The notes beneath the pieces are model-generated. The model was not told the origin of the DNA. It saw nothing but the letters and a program-made list of their open reading frames with translations, and ran no database searches. Position numbers and translations under genes: made by a program. Below are positions 1 through 10,132 of a stretch of DNA of 64,000 nt, piece by piece. Numbering within the stretch: the first letter of the stretch is position 1; every line of letters begins with the position of its first letter. The DNA comes from Pseudomonadota bacterium (lineage in GTDB: Bacteria; Pseudomonadota; Alphaproteobacteria; RF32; CAG-239), in the NCBI GenBank assembly GCA_018362935.1, contig JAHALQ010000001.1, forward strand, positions 18,378 to 82,377. Direction: 5' to 3'.

Positions 1-1437
1 GTCATTAGGGTGATAATCCGGCACTTCCGGCAATTTTAAAGGCAGCTCGGATTCCGGTATCGGCTGCCAGCCGCAATGCTCGCAGTATACCATCGGTATT
101 GGTTCGCCCCAGTAGCGCTGGCGCGAGAATACCCAGTCGCGCAGCTTAAAGTTGACTTTCGGCCGGCCGAAACCGTTTTTGACGGCATAGTCCGTTGCCG
201 CTTTCATGCCGTCTTCTTTGTTCATACCGTCCAGAAAAGACGAGTTAATGTGCGGCCCGTCTTCTTCAAAAGCTTTTTCGGAAATGTCGCCGCCGTCCAA
301 AACCTGAATAATCGGCAGGTTAAACACTTTGGCAAAGGCGTAATCGCGCTGGTCATGCGCCGGTACCGCCATAATCGCGCCGGTGCCATACCCGGTCAGA
401 ACATAGTCTGAGATAAAGACCGGAATATCTTTGCCGTTAAACGGATTAACCGCCTTGATTCCTTTAAGCTCGACGCCGGTCTTGCTGTCATCCTGCGTGC
501 GCTGCAAATCGGACTTTTTGGCTGTTGCTTCGACATAAGCCTTAATCTCGGCCTGATTCTCAAACCTGTCCATATATTTTTGAACAAACTCATGCTCCGG
601 CGCCAAAACCATATAAGTCACGCCGAAAGCCGTGTCGGGACGCGTTGTAAACACCGTCAGCTTGTCGTCGCCGAATTTGAAATCCAGCTCGGCACCCTCG
701 GAACGCCCAATCCAGTTGATTTGCTGAGACTTGACACGGTCGATGAAGTCCAAATCGTCCAAATCATTAATCAGGCGGTCGGCATATTTGGTAATCGCAA
801 TCATCCACTGTTCTTTGTCTTTGCGGACAACCTGCGCCCCGCAGCGTTCGCAGCAGCCGTTGACGACTTCTTCGTTTGCCAGACCGACTTTGCAGGACGG
901 ACACCAGTTAATAGCGATTTTATCTTTATATGCCAGACCTTTTTCAAAGAACTTGATAAACATCCACTGCGTCCATTTGTAATATTCCGGATCGCAGGTG
1001 CTGATGCATCTGTCCCAGTCAAAACAAAAACCGAGGGACTTCAGCTGCTTGGTAAAAGTCGCGATATTGGCGGCTGTGGAAACAGCGGGATGAACGCCGG
1101 TCTTAATGGCATAGTTTTCCGCGGGCAGGCCGAAAGCGTCAAAACCCATGGGATACAAAACATTAAAGCCCTGCATCCTCTTCTTGCGCGAGATAACGTC
1201 CAGAGCCGTATAAGAACGCGGATGCCCGACATGCAGCCCGGCGCCGGACGGATACGGAAACTCGACCAGAGCATAGAATTTTTCCTTGTTCTTGTCCGGT
1301 TCGACATGATAGGCCTTTTCCTCGTCCCATATGGCCTGCCACTTTTTCTCAATGGTCTTGAAATTATAGCGATCTTCAAGCTTCCAGCTTTCCTGCCATT
1401 GCTCAAAAGTGTCCTTCCCGTCGTATTTCTTATTCAT
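1..1437 (-). CDS. leuS: Leucyl-tRNA synthetase, N-terminal part. The gene continues beyond the window start.
   Basis: Reverse-strand translation from the ATG at 1437 gives [39 protein letters not shown]... It carries HVGH-type class I motifs ([17 protein letters not shown]) and the leucyl-specific region. There is no stop before position 1. The + strand ORF 580..1521 is its antisense artefact. Confidence 0.9.
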   Translation of the reverse strand, partial: MNKKYDGKDTFEQWQESWKLEDRYNFKTIEKKWQAIWDEEKAYHVEPDKNKEKFYALVEFPYPSGAGLHVGHPRSYTALDVISRKKRMQGFNVLYPMGFDAFGLPAENYAIKTGVHPAVSTAANIATFTKQLKSLGFCFDWDRCISTCDPEYYKWTQWMFIKFFEKGLAYKDKIAINWCPSCKVGLANEEVVNGCCERCGAQVVRKDKEQWMIAITKYADRLINDLDDLDFIDRVKSQQINWIGRSEGAELDFKFGDDKLTVFTTRPDTAFGVTYMVLAPEHEFVQKYMDRFENQAEIKAYVEATAKKSDLQRTQDDSKTGVELKGIKAVNPFNGKDIPVFISDYVLTGYGTGAIMAVPAHDQRDYAFAKVFNLPIIQVLDGGDISEKAFEEDGPHINSSFLDGMNKEDGMKAATDYAVKNGFGRPKVNFKLRDWVFSRQRYWGEPIPMVYCEHCGWQPIPESELPLKLPEVPDYHPND

Positions 1438-1586
1438 TATATTTCGTCCTCATGGCTAAAATCTTCATCTAACCCCAAAAATTACCTTAATTTAATTCTT
1501 TTGACAAGAGTCTATTTTTAACTCTTGTATTTATCACAGCGATTAAATACAATAACCCCGATTTAATTAAAAACCCGGAAAGAAAC

Positions 1587-2873
1587 ATGGCCGATTCCCG
1601 TTTGACAGCTGCTCAAATTCTGCTGGACATCATTGAAAACAAAAATTTTGCCTCGGACGCCAAAGCCCGTTTTGAAAAACAAATCGGCGCCGATTCCGCC
1701 TTTGTCAACATGCTGCTGCAAACCGCGCTGCGCCACATGGTTTTTATCAAACGCATTCTTAGGCAGTTTGTCAAAAAAAAGCTTCCGGCACAGTCCGTTT
1801 TGGCATATTACGCGCTGATTCTCGGCACCGCCGAAATTTTATATATGGATACGCCCGATTACGCGACGATTAACAGCTATGTCGAACTTGTCAAAAAGCA
1901 GCTCGACAAATATGTCGCCGGCTTCGTCAATGCCGTCCTGCGCAAAGTTGTCGCCGGTAAAGAAACTTTTTCTGCATCCAAAAACGAGGAGTTTTTCCCG
2001 CCCGAATTCCGCAAGATACTGAACGCCGGTTACGGCAAAAAGACCGTCCGCAGAATAGAACAGTCTTTCCTCACCGAACCCGGATTAGACTTATCCTGTA
2101 AATCGGAGCCGCAGCTCTGGGCAAAAAAACTGAATGCCCGGCTTCTGCCAACCGGCACGCTTCGCCTGCCCAATCAGGGCAGCGTTGCCAAACTCGAAGG
2201 ATATGAAGAAGGCGCCTGGTGGGTGCAGGATTTTGCCGCTTCGCTGGCTGCCAAAGCGCTTGGCAATAACTTATCCGGCCAAAAGGTTCTTGACCTCTGC
2301 GCCGCGCCCGGCGGCAAAACCGCCCAATTGCTGGCCGCCGGTGCCCAAGTAATGGCTCTGGACATTTCCGAAACTCGGCTTGCCCGTTTAAAGGAAAATA
2401 TCAAACGTCTGAACCTGCCGACGCCGGAAATTGTCTGCGCCGACGCGGTTGCTTATCTGCAAAGCTTAGCCGCACTGCAGTTTGACGCCGTCTTGCTGGA
2501 CGCGCCCTGCTCAGCCACCGGAACCCTGCGCCGCCATCCCGAAATTGTCCATATCAAAAACCTTTCCGATGTCGAAAAACAAACCGCCGTCCAAAAAGAA
2601 ATCCTCAGCGTTGTTTCAAACGCCCTCAAACCCGGCGGCACGCTGGTTTACTGCGTTTGCTCGCTGGCCAAAGCGGAAGGCGAAGAACAAATCGCCGCAT
2701 TTTTAGACCAACATCCCGAATTTCGCCGCCAGTCTCTGAAACCGATGATTCCCGCGGAAATATCCGAGATTGTCAATTCCGACGGCTGTATCCGTACGCT
2801 GCCCTGCCATCTTGAAAAGTTCGGCGGCGTCGACGGCTTTTTCATCGCCCGCCTGCAAAAGGAATCAAACTGA
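1587..2873 (+). CDS. rsmB: 16S rRNA (cytosine-C5)-methyltransferase RsmB/Sun family. It has a NusB-like N-terminus and a SAM methyltransferase C-terminus.
   Basis: 428 aa. DAPCSATGTLRRHPEI matches the RsmB/Fmu active-site region. The N-terminus is NusB-like (antitermination domain). Confidence 0.8.
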   Translation: MADSRLTAAQILLDIIENKNFASDAKARFEKQIGADSAFVNMLLQTALRHMVFIKRILRQFVKKKLPAQSVLAYYALILGTAEILYMDTPDYATINSYVELVKKQLDKYVAGFVNAVLRKVVAGKETFSASKNEEFFPPEFRKILNAGYGKKTVRRIEQSFLTEPGLDLSCKSEPQLWAKKLNARLLPTGTLRLPNQGSVAKLEGYEEGAWWVQDFAASLAAKALGNNLSGQKVLDLCAAPGGKTAQLLAAGAQVMALDISETRLARLKENIKRLNLPTPEIVCADAVAYLQSLAALQFDAVLLDAPCSATGTLRRHPEIVHIKNLSDVEKQTAVQKEILSVVSNALKPGGTLVYCVCSLAKAEGEEQIAAFLDQHPEFRRQSLKPMIPAEISEIVNSDGCIRTLPCHLEKFGGVDGFFIARLQKESN

Positions 2874-3796
2874 TGTTTTTCAGCAAACCCGAGCCCCAAT
2901 CCGCCGTCACCCCGCATAATATTGCCTTTTTAGGCACCGATGCCCTCGGTCTGTATTGGGCGGATATCCTGAAAAATCTCGGACATCGCGTCTTTTTCCT
3001 TTGTCCCCCGCGTTATGCCGATGAATACAACGCAACCGACTTTATTTACAAAGATACCGCCAGGCTGAAAAACCCCCGCAATAATTTTTGCTTCGGGCAT
3101 GAACTGCCGTTCGCACCCGATTTGCTTTTAATAACCGTTTCGCCCGAACGCCGAAAATCAAACCTGACGCTGCTCTCGCCGTCTGCGCTTGCCGACACGC
3201 TCATCGTCAGTTTTTGTTTTCCCGATCAGGATGCCGTTTTGCCTGAAATCGTGCATAAACCGGTTATTAATGCTTTTTTTGAGGGTTGGATAAACCGCAG
3301 CAAAAATCATATTTCCATTTATGGTCATTCCCCCCGCGTCACATTTTCACTGCCGGATACATCAAACGAAGCTGCCTTTTTAAGAGAGATTTTTGAGCCT
3401 GCCGGAATCACAACCGTTTTTTCCGAACAGGAAAATAACAATCTATGGAATTTTGCCGGGCCTTTTCTGGCTCACGGGCTGCTAACCGTCTGTTTCGGCC
3501 GCAGTATTTTTGAACTTGCCAAAAACGAAGAAGGCCGACGTCAAATTGATGTTTTGTTGGAAGAAATCAGCCGTCTCGCCGAAGCCGACAACGTTTGTCT
3601 GCCGGCTGCCGGTCTGCTTGCCCGACTGTATGAAATACCGTCGGCTTATGTGTCGCCGCTGCAAAAAAGCGTGCAAACCCATAACCCGCTTTTTTTTGAA
3701 AGGCTGAATTCTTTCTTACTCTCAAAAAACGCCCGGAATGACAAAAAATATCCGCACATTCACCGGTTTATGCGCGAAGTATACAACAAATACTAG
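2873..3796 (+). CDS. Ketopantoate reductase (ApbA/PanE)-like protein. It is divergent and the function is uncertain.
   Basis: 307 aa. The N-terminal NIAFLGTDALGLYWADIL resembles the PanE Rossmann start (KIAVLGAGAIG), but the glycine motif is degenerate. The length fits the family. ATGA overlap with rsmB stop. Confidence 0.3.
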   Translation: MFFSKPEPQSAVTPHNIAFLGTDALGLYWADILKNLGHRVFFLCPPRYADEYNATDFIYKDTARLKNPRNNFCFGHELPFAPDLLLITVSPERRKSNLTLLSPSALADTLIVSFCFPDQDAVLPEIVHKPVINAFFEGWINRSKNHISIYGHSPRVTFSLPDTSNEAAFLREIFEPAGITTVFSEQENNNLWNFAGPFLAHGLLTVCFGRSIFELAKNEEGRRQIDVLLEEISRLAEADNVCLPAAGLLARLYEIPSAYVSPLQKSVQTHNPLFFERLNSFLLSKNARNDKKYPHIHRFMREVYNKY

Positions 3797-3876
3797 TATA
3801 AAATAAGAATCTTGCTTGAAGAGCACGGCAAAAGCATTATAAAATACCGAATGAACAAACGAGGGGGAAAAACTTT

Positions 3877-4947
3877 ATGTTTACGGGTTCTGGTCTGTTG
3901 TTTTTCGGAATGTTTTTCTGTCTGATTGGCAGTTTTTTTGCTTTTTCCTTAATCGGAAAAAAAGGACGCCCGACTTTTAACGCTCCCTTTGTTGCCGTCA
4001 GCGCGCTGCTGTGTTTTGCCGTGCTGGCTTCCGTTTTTCTGTTCTGGGAACCCTCTGACTTCATTTCCTCCGTCACGCCGGCCGCTTTTGCCGCCCCTGC
4101 GGTTTTGCTTCTTTTTCTTGCTATGCTGTCGCTTGTTTTTCCGCAGCCGCAGTTGCAATTTATATTGCTTGCCCTCAGCTGCTGCGGAATAGTTTTCGGC
4201 TTTGACGTATTTATCCGATTTTCATCTCAGCTGCCGCCGCTGCCCAATAAAATCCTGACCGCCGTCTTATGGCTGGCAATCTGTTATTTCCCGCGTGTTA
4301 TTAACCTCAATACGGGCATTGTCTGCATCCAGACACTGACGATTGCCCTCGGCGCTCTGCTGTTGTACTTCATAAATGCCCTGCCGCTGGCCGTCGGCAT
4401 GCTTGCCGCTTATACGGCCGCCTGCTTTATCGGCCTGCTGGTTGCCGCTAGGAACAACCCCAATCTGCGCATATCTGACCTTATGTGCAATCTGCTTGGT
4501 TTTCTCCTCGGCTGGCTGACAGTTTATGCCTCCGCCGAAGGTGCCGGCTCATGTTTTGCTGTCTTTGCAATCTATCCGCTGATAGAAGTCATTTTTGCCC
4601 TTGCGCAAAAGCTGACCTTCCTGCCGCAGTTCGCCATTGCTAAAAACAACACGCTATATCTGCGCATGATCGATGCCGACATGACGCCCTCCGTCCTCAA
4701 CCGCTATCTGCTGCGCATCAGCGCCATCTGCATATTATTCGGCAGCTTCCAGGCTTTTGCCCCCAATGATTACTCTATTCCCGTTTTCTGTCTGCTGGTC
4801 GTCCTTTGGCAGCTGTACCGGATTTACAACTGGCGGGAACTCCCGTCCGGACTGAAAGAAACTAATAAAAAATTTATCAGTGATGTCAAAAACAATTTGC
4901 AGGAAATCTCACAAATCTTAAAAGACAGGGACAGAAGCAAAAAATGA
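3877..4947 (+). CDS. Polytopic membrane protein, distantly MraY/WecA (glycosyl-phosphotransferase family 4)-like. The catalytic Asp motifs are degenerate.
   Basis: 356 aa with about 10 hydrophobic helices. VINLNTGIVCIQ aligns to the NxxNLxDGxDGL motif with the Asp residues replaced. LMCNLLGFLLG sits where the GT4 family has FLGDSGS. Confidence 0.25.
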   Translation: MFTGSGLLFFGMFFCLIGSFFAFSLIGKKGRPTFNAPFVAVSALLCFAVLASVFLFWEPSDFISSVTPAAFAAPAVLLLFLAMLSLVFPQPQLQFILLALSCCGIVFGFDVFIRFSSQLPPLPNKILTAVLWLAICYFPRVINLNTGIVCIQTLTIALGALLLYFINALPLAVGMLAAYTAACFIGLLVAARNNPNLRISDLMCNLLGFLLGWLTVYASAEGAGSCFAVFAIYPLIEVIFALAQKLTFLPQFAIAKNNTLYLRMIDADMTPSVLNRYLLRISAICILFGSFQAFAPNDYSIPVFCLLVVLWQLYRIYNWRELPSGLKETNKKFISDVKNNLQEISQILKDRDRSKK

Positions 4948-6302
4948 ACTTTTTAGACTTTCTTAAGCATCTTTTTCTGCAAAACAAACCGGCGTCACCG
5001 GATGACCTGACGCCCGAAGCGGCGCAATTAATCAATTTTAAGGTTGTTGTAACCGAGTTTGCCGACAATGTCGAAAGTTCCGGCGCCGAAACCGTCTGCG
5101 CCCGGTTGAAATCCTGCGAAGGCCTGCATGTTGCCTATTTTAACGAACCTTTTAACAAGTCATTTCTCAGTCTTGAAAGCCGCTCATTTTTTGACCTGCT
5201 TGAAAAAGGGCAGACCATAATTGACAAAACCGGTGCCGACGTGCTTGTCTGGGGCTGCCGCGAAGGGGAGAAAATCCGTCTTAATTTCCAAACCAACCTG
5301 CAGTATGAAGCCGCTGCCGGAACTTTTACCTCAATTTTGGACAGCCTGTATTTCCCGGCTGATTTATTTGATGCTTCACACCCTTTTCCGCCTTCGCTGG
5401 CCACGCTGATATACGGCGCTGTCGTCAGCGCGGTTGCCGCTCCGTCCAAACAGCGCAGAATTCAGAAACGCTATCTGCTCAAAAAAATCATTGCGGCGCT
5501 GTCATCGGACAATTCCGCCAAAATGTTGTCAATTGAGTATCTGCCGTTTGTAATGAATTTTCTGGGCACGATTTATCTCAGTTACTCGTATGAATCCGAA
5601 ACCGACAAAGATTTCAAAATTGTCAAAAGCCTGCTTGAAACGGCTGTTTCGCATCAGGATTTGATAAAAAACCCCATTCATCTCGGCTGCATATACTACC
5701 ACTTCGGACAGCTTTATGACGCAGCCGCCAACCATATGGCCAAACGGCCCGGCTCTTATTACAAAGGCGCCATTACCAACTATCGCCTCGCTCAGAAATA
5801 CCTTGGAAAATACACCTACCCCTATGATTACGGTGCCATTTCATACCGCCTGTCGGCATTGTTTTATGATTACTGGAAACAAAAAAACGACTTGCAGGCG
5901 CTGCGCGATTCCGTATTTAACCTGCGCGAAGCCGAAAAAATATTCACCTACGCGCTGTTTCCCGAATTCTGGGCGCAGATACAGGGCAAACTCGGCTATC
6001 ATCTTTCGCTGCTGGCCAGTCTGACCCGCAGTTCGGATATTGCGGAATTGGCGATTGCCGCTTATAAGAATCAGCAGAAAATTATCACCGAAAAACGCGA
6101 TCCTTTCACATGGGCTTCAATTCAGGAAAAAATAGGCGAAATCTATTTCCAAATCGGCCGCAAAGACACCGATACCGATGCCTTGGAAGAAGCGCTCGAA
6201 TACTTTCACGATGCATTGTATATATTTGAAAATATGGAACTGGCCGACGCCGCCCGGCGTATAACCGTCAATATTTCCCGCACTTCCGAGCTCTTAAATT
6301 AA
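4944..6302 (+). CDS. Hypothetical helical-repeat (TPR-like) protein.
   Basis: 452 aa ORF. It overlaps the upstream gene by 4 nt and is followed by a terminator. The C-terminal half shows TPR-like periodicity (W/Y/G/A spacing). No diagnostic motif. Confidence 0.45.
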   Translation: MNFLDFLKHLFLQNKPASPDDLTPEAAQLINFKVVVTEFADNVESSGAETVCARLKSCEGLHVAYFNEPFNKSFLSLESRSFFDLLEKGQTIIDKTGADVLVWGCREGEKIRLNFQTNLQYEAAAGTFTSILDSLYFPADLFDASHPFPPSLATLIYGAVVSAVAAPSKQRRIQKRYLLKKIIAALSSDNSAKMLSIEYLPFVMNFLGTIYLSYSYESETDKDFKIVKSLLETAVSHQDLIKNPIHLGCIYYHFGQLYDAAANHMAKRPGSYYKGAITNYRLAQKYLGKYTYPYDYGAISYRLSALFYDYWKQKNDLQALRDSVFNLREAEKIFTYALFPEFWAQIQGKLGYHLSLLASLTRSSDIAELAIAAYKNQQKIITEKRDPFTWASIQEKIGEIYFQIGRKDTDTDALEEALEYFHDALYIFENMELADAARRITVNISRTSELLN

Positions 6303-6328
6303 AAAAAGCGCCCTCAGGGCGCTTTTTC
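6303..6328. terminator. Bidirectional rho-independent terminator between convergent genes.
   Basis: AGCGCCC-tca-GGGCGCT hairpin flanked by an A-tract and a T-tract. Confidence 0.6.
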
Positions 6329-6342
6329 ATCAGAATTTCCAC

Positions 6343-6657
6343 TTACTGGTTTGCTTCAATCCAAGCCTGAACGCTGGCTTTGGAATTCAGGCCGACTTTG
6401 GTGTCAATCTGTTTGCCGTCCTTAAACAGAAACATTGTCGGGATGCTGCGGATTCCGTACTGCGCGGCCGTATTCGGGGATTCGTCGACATTTATCTTGC
6501 AAATCTCAACCTTACCGGCCATTTCCTTGGAAACTTCTTCTAACACAGGAATCAGCTGACGGCAGGGACCGCACCATTCTGCCCAGAAATCAACCAAAAC
6601 CAGACCCTTGGCCTGCAAGACTTCTTTTTCAAACTCTCTGTCCGTAATTGCTTTCAT
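6343..6657 (-). CDS. trxA: Thioredoxin.
   Basis: 104 aa with the WCGPC active site (DFWAEWCGPCRQ). Confidence 0.95.
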   Translation of the reverse strand: MKAITDREFEKEVLQAKGLVLVDFWAEWCGPCRQLIPVLEEVSKEMAGKVEICKINVDESPNTAAQYGIRSIPTMFLFKDGKQIDTKVGLNSKASVQAWIEANQ

Positions 6658-6754
6658 CTTTTTTCCTTTCGAAATGTGTATAGTTTCTATCTAATATAAT
6701 TGATATTTTTTATAAATAAAGAGCAATCGTAATATTTTTTAAATTTTTATAATA

Positions 6755-9700
6755 TTAATCAAGTTTCATCAAACAAGCGGTGTTCGTCCACAAAATATAC
6801 TTACATATCTTCTTATGCGGATAAATCTGCGCCGCCAATCGCCCGTAAGCATCCAACTGCTTGAGATATGCCGCCGGCACATCCTCGGCTTTCCGAGCCG
6901 CCGGACGGTTGGTCTTAAAGTCGACAATCATCACTTTATCCTCCAGCACGACCAGCCGGTCAATCTGCCCCGATATAATCTGCCCGTCCACACAGCCCAT
7001 CAGCGGTACCTCTGCCCTGGATTCCCTGCCGAATATCGCGGCAAATTCCTTATTCTCCAGCAGCGACGCCAGCTCCGTGCAGATTTTTTCTTTTTCCGGT
7101 GCGGGCATTTCGGCCGCGTTCTTGTCAAGAAAACTTCGAATCAGGGTTGTGCGCTCTCCGGCAGCCATATCCGGCAGATACTGCAACAGCTTATGCATAA
7201 GCTCACCGCGCCGGTAGCTGTTAAATGCGGTGTTGTTTTCCAGCGGCGACAACAGTGTTTCGTCTTCGGCATCCTCGTCAAGACGCGATGGCGCCAGCGG
7301 TTTGGACAATTTATCTTCCGCGGGCGCTTCTTGAAACAACCATTCCGGACAGCCTGCGCCCGCTTCTGTTTCTGCCTTTTTCAGCTGCGGTTTGACATCC
7401 AGCTCCTGAGCCAGTTCATAACTCATCATACCGTTCTGATCTTCAACCGCAATCTTTGCAAAGGCATTTCTGCACATATCATACCAAGATTCTTCGCCGC
7501 TGCCGCCGCGCGCGTTCTTATAACCGCACAGACACAGGCATTCTTCCGCCCTGGTCAAAGCGACATATAACAAACGGTGGTATTCTTCCTTGCGCCGGCG
7601 GCGTTCTTGCTCCTTATGCAGGCGGCAGTTATTTTCGTAGTCCGCAGCGCACAACGGATAAAACAGCACATCGTTTTCCACCAGCAGCCCCATCTCGTTA
7701 CTGACGTTTTTCATATCCGATGTATCCGGCATAATCACATACGGTGCCTGCAGCCCTTTTGAACCGTGCACCGTCATAATCCGCACGGCATCGGCGTTGC
7801 TTTGTTCAAGCTCGCGTTTGATTTCCACCTCGTCTTTTTCCATCCAGTCGATAAAAAGCTGCATCGCCGGCACATGCGACTGCTCAAAATCAAGACACAG
7901 ATTCAAGAACTCATCCAGTCCGTCCTCTGCCTCATAGCCCTGCCGCGCCACAAACCTGCGACGCCCGCCGCAGGTATTGAGAACGTGGGAATAAAATTCA
8001 AACGGACGGACATAATCGGTCAGATTCAGCCATTCCTGCAACTGCCGGTAAATTGGCCGATACTGTTCCTTGCTGTCCAGCGACGCAAACAGGCTCCGGC
8101 TGCCGCGACGATAACACAAAGCGAATAAGTCGTCGTCATCCAGCCCGAACAACGGCGATTTCAACACCTCGGCCAGGCTCAGATCATCGGTCGGCAGCAG
8201 CATAAATTTGCCGAGCGACAGCAAGTCCTGCACGGCCAGCTGCTCGCTGAGCTTAATCTTATCGACCCCGGCAATGGCAACGCCCGCTTTTTTGCAGGCG
8301 CGCACAATTTCGTCCACCAGAGCATTGCGCTTTTGTACCAAAATCATAAAATCGCGGTATTGCAAAGGCCGTCCCTGAGATTTCAAAAATTCGCCGCCTA
8401 TGACTTTGCGCCGGATATTGTCTGCAATCTGTTTCGCCAGTTTGGCTCCGGCCGTTTCCGGCAGCTTGCGCTCGACCGATGTCATCCATGCATTGGGTTT
8501 TTCGCCGATTTCGGCTTCCAACAGCGGCCAGATTTCAACCCGCCCCGCCTCGCCGATGCGCGACGGCACATGCGCCACCTGTTTGTCTTCGGCCGCCACG
8601 CCCTGTTTGGGCAGACCTTCGCTGAATATACAGTTTACCGTATCCAGAATGGCCGCTGTCGAACGGAAAGACACATCAAGGTTAACCTCGCGAAAATCAA
8701 TTCCCTCGTTTTTCTTGTCCAAAAAATGCCGGCGCATTTTTTCAAATTCGTTCGGATCAGCCCCCTGAAAAGAATAAATCGACTGCTTGCGGTCACCGAC
8801 GACAAACACCGTGCAGTTTTTATTTTTGGCACCGCTGCCGTAAAAGAATTCATTGGTTATCGCCCGCACGATAGCCCACTGGTCCGGCGACGTATCCTGC
8901 GCCTCGTCAATCAGCACATTGTCGATACCGCCGTCAAGCTTATACAAAACCCAGTCCGCCACCTGCGGATTTTCAAGCAGGCGGCGCGTATATAATATCA
9001 GGTCTTCATAATCTGTTTTGGAATGCAGGCGCTTATATTCCTGATAACCCTGCAACAATTCGTCCGCCAGATATAAAACGGCTTTGGTCGAAGCAAAAAC
9101 CTTCAGCGCCGCCAGTTTATCATCAAATTCCAGACACCTTTCCGCCTCGCAGGCCGCCCAAACACCGCCGTCCGGACATGACTGGATAACCCCTTTGGTT
9201 GCAAAGCTTTTACGCGCTTCATTTTTCCCGGTTATAAAGAAATCGCGGTAAGACGGATAATCCTTCCGCTCATATGCCGTCACCAAAGCCAGCGCTTTTT
9301 CGCGGTCAGTATCACTGCCCGACTGCATGGCTTCGGCCAGATTTTGCAGCCTTAACTGTTCAACCGCCGCAAAAAAAGCTTCCGTGGCTGCAGCGGCCGT
9401 GTCATTTTCCTCAATACCCAGCCGCCCGGCTATATTCTCAATCAGCAAATCAACGGAACCGCACCGCCCCAGAACCTGCAAAATTTTATTGCGGTTTTCG
9501 GTCAGGGAATTCATTAGTTTCGGAAATGTAAACTCGCTGACCTGCGTGGTAACAAATGCCAGTGCCTGCGCCGTCCGGCTTTCCGGCTCGGTTTCCAGCT
9601 TCAGCAGCAGGCGCCGCTTAATATCGTCCATGGCCTCGGCGGCGGCGCGGTCATCCATTACCTCAAAATAAGGCGAAATTTTGGCTTCCAGCGGAAAACG

Positions 9701-10132
9701 TTTTAAAACTTCCTGGCAAAAGCTGTGTATAGTCTGAATTTTCATTCCGCCCGGCGTATCCAGCAAAACCGCAAACAGGCGCCGCGCCTGTGCCGCCAGC
9801 TCGGCGGGCTTATGCCTGCCTAATTCTGCCGCGCCCAGCAGCTTTTCAAGTTCGGCATACAGTTTTTCATCATCCGCCACCGCCCACTGCGCCAGCTTGT
9901 CGGCAATCCGCGAACTCATATTGACCGCCGCCGCCTTGGTGTAGGTCAGGCACAAAATTTTAGCCGGAGCAACGCCTTTGAGCAGCAGGCGCAATACCCG
10001 GTCAGACAGCACCTTGGTCTTTCCGGTGCCGGCCGAAGCTTCGACCCAGACCGAAACATCGGGGTCGGCAGCCTGACGCTGCTGTGCCGTCGCCAGCGCG
10101 TAGCGATTTTGTTTTTCCTGCTCAAGATTCAT
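6755..10132 (-). CDS. addA: Double-strand break repair helicase/nuclease AddA (UvrD-like helicase with a C-terminal PD-(D/E)XK nuclease).
   Basis: Walker A GTGKT, UvrD-family motifs, and a C-terminal DRLVV...IVDFKT nuclease motif. The likely start is MNLEQEK at 10132, just after the addB stop. The track ORF extends to 10177. Confidence 0.85.
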   Translation of the reverse strand: MNLEQEKQNRYALATAQQRQAADPDVSVWVEASAGTGKTKVLSDRVLRLLLKGVAPAKILCLTYTKAAAVNMSSRIADKLAQWAVADDEKLYAELEKLLGAAELGRHKPAELAAQARRLFAVLLDTPGGMKIQTIHSFCQEVLKRFPLEAKISPYFEVMDDRAAAEAMDDIKRRLLLKLETEPESRTAQALAFVTTQVSEFTFPKLMNSLTENRNKILQVLGRCGSVDLLIENIAGRLGIEENDTAAAATEAFFAAVEQLRLQNLAEAMQSGSDTDREKALALVTAYERKDYPSYRDFFITGKNEARKSFATKGVIQSCPDGGVWAACEAERCLEFDDKLAALKVFASTKAVLYLADELLQGYQEYKRLHSKTDYEDLILYTRRLLENPQVADWVLYKLDGGIDNVLIDEAQDTSPDQWAIVRAITNEFFYGSGAKNKNCTVFVVGDRKQSIYSFQGADPNEFEKMRRHFLDKKNEGIDFREVNLDVSFRSTAAILDTVNCIFSEGLPKQGVAAEDKQVAHVPSRIGEAGRVEIWPLLEAEIGEKPNAWMTSVERKLPETAGAKLAKQIADNIRRKVIGGEFLKSQGRPLQYRDFMILVQKRNALVDEIVRACKKAGVAIAGVDKIKLSEQLAVQDLLSLGKFMLLPTDDLSLAEVLKSPLFGLDDDDLFALCYRRGSRSLFASLDSKEQYRPIYRQLQEWLNLTDYVRPFEFYSHVLNTCGGRRRFVARQGYEAEDGLDEFLNLCLDFEQSHVPAMQLFIDWMEKDEVEIKRELEQSNADAVRIMTVHGSKGLQAPYVIMPDTSDMKNVSNEMGLLVENDVLFYPLCAADYENNCRLHKEQERRRRKEEYHRLLYVALTRAEECLCLCGYKNARGGSGEESWYDMCRNAFAKIAVEDQNGMMSYELAQELDVKPQLKKAETEAGAGCPEWLFQEAPAEDKLSKPLAPSRLDEDAEDETLLSPLENNTAFNSYRRGELMHKLLQYLPDMAAGERTTLIRSFLDKNAAEMPAPEKEKICTELASLLENKEFAAIFGRESRAEVPLMGCVDGQIISGQIDRLVVLEDKVMIVDFKTNRPAARKAEDVPAAYLKQLDAYGRLAAQIYPHKKICKYILWTNTACLMKLD

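Noticed and set aside
580-1521. 313-aa + strand ORF
   Set aside because: Antisense to leuS, whose minus-strand translation is unmistakable.
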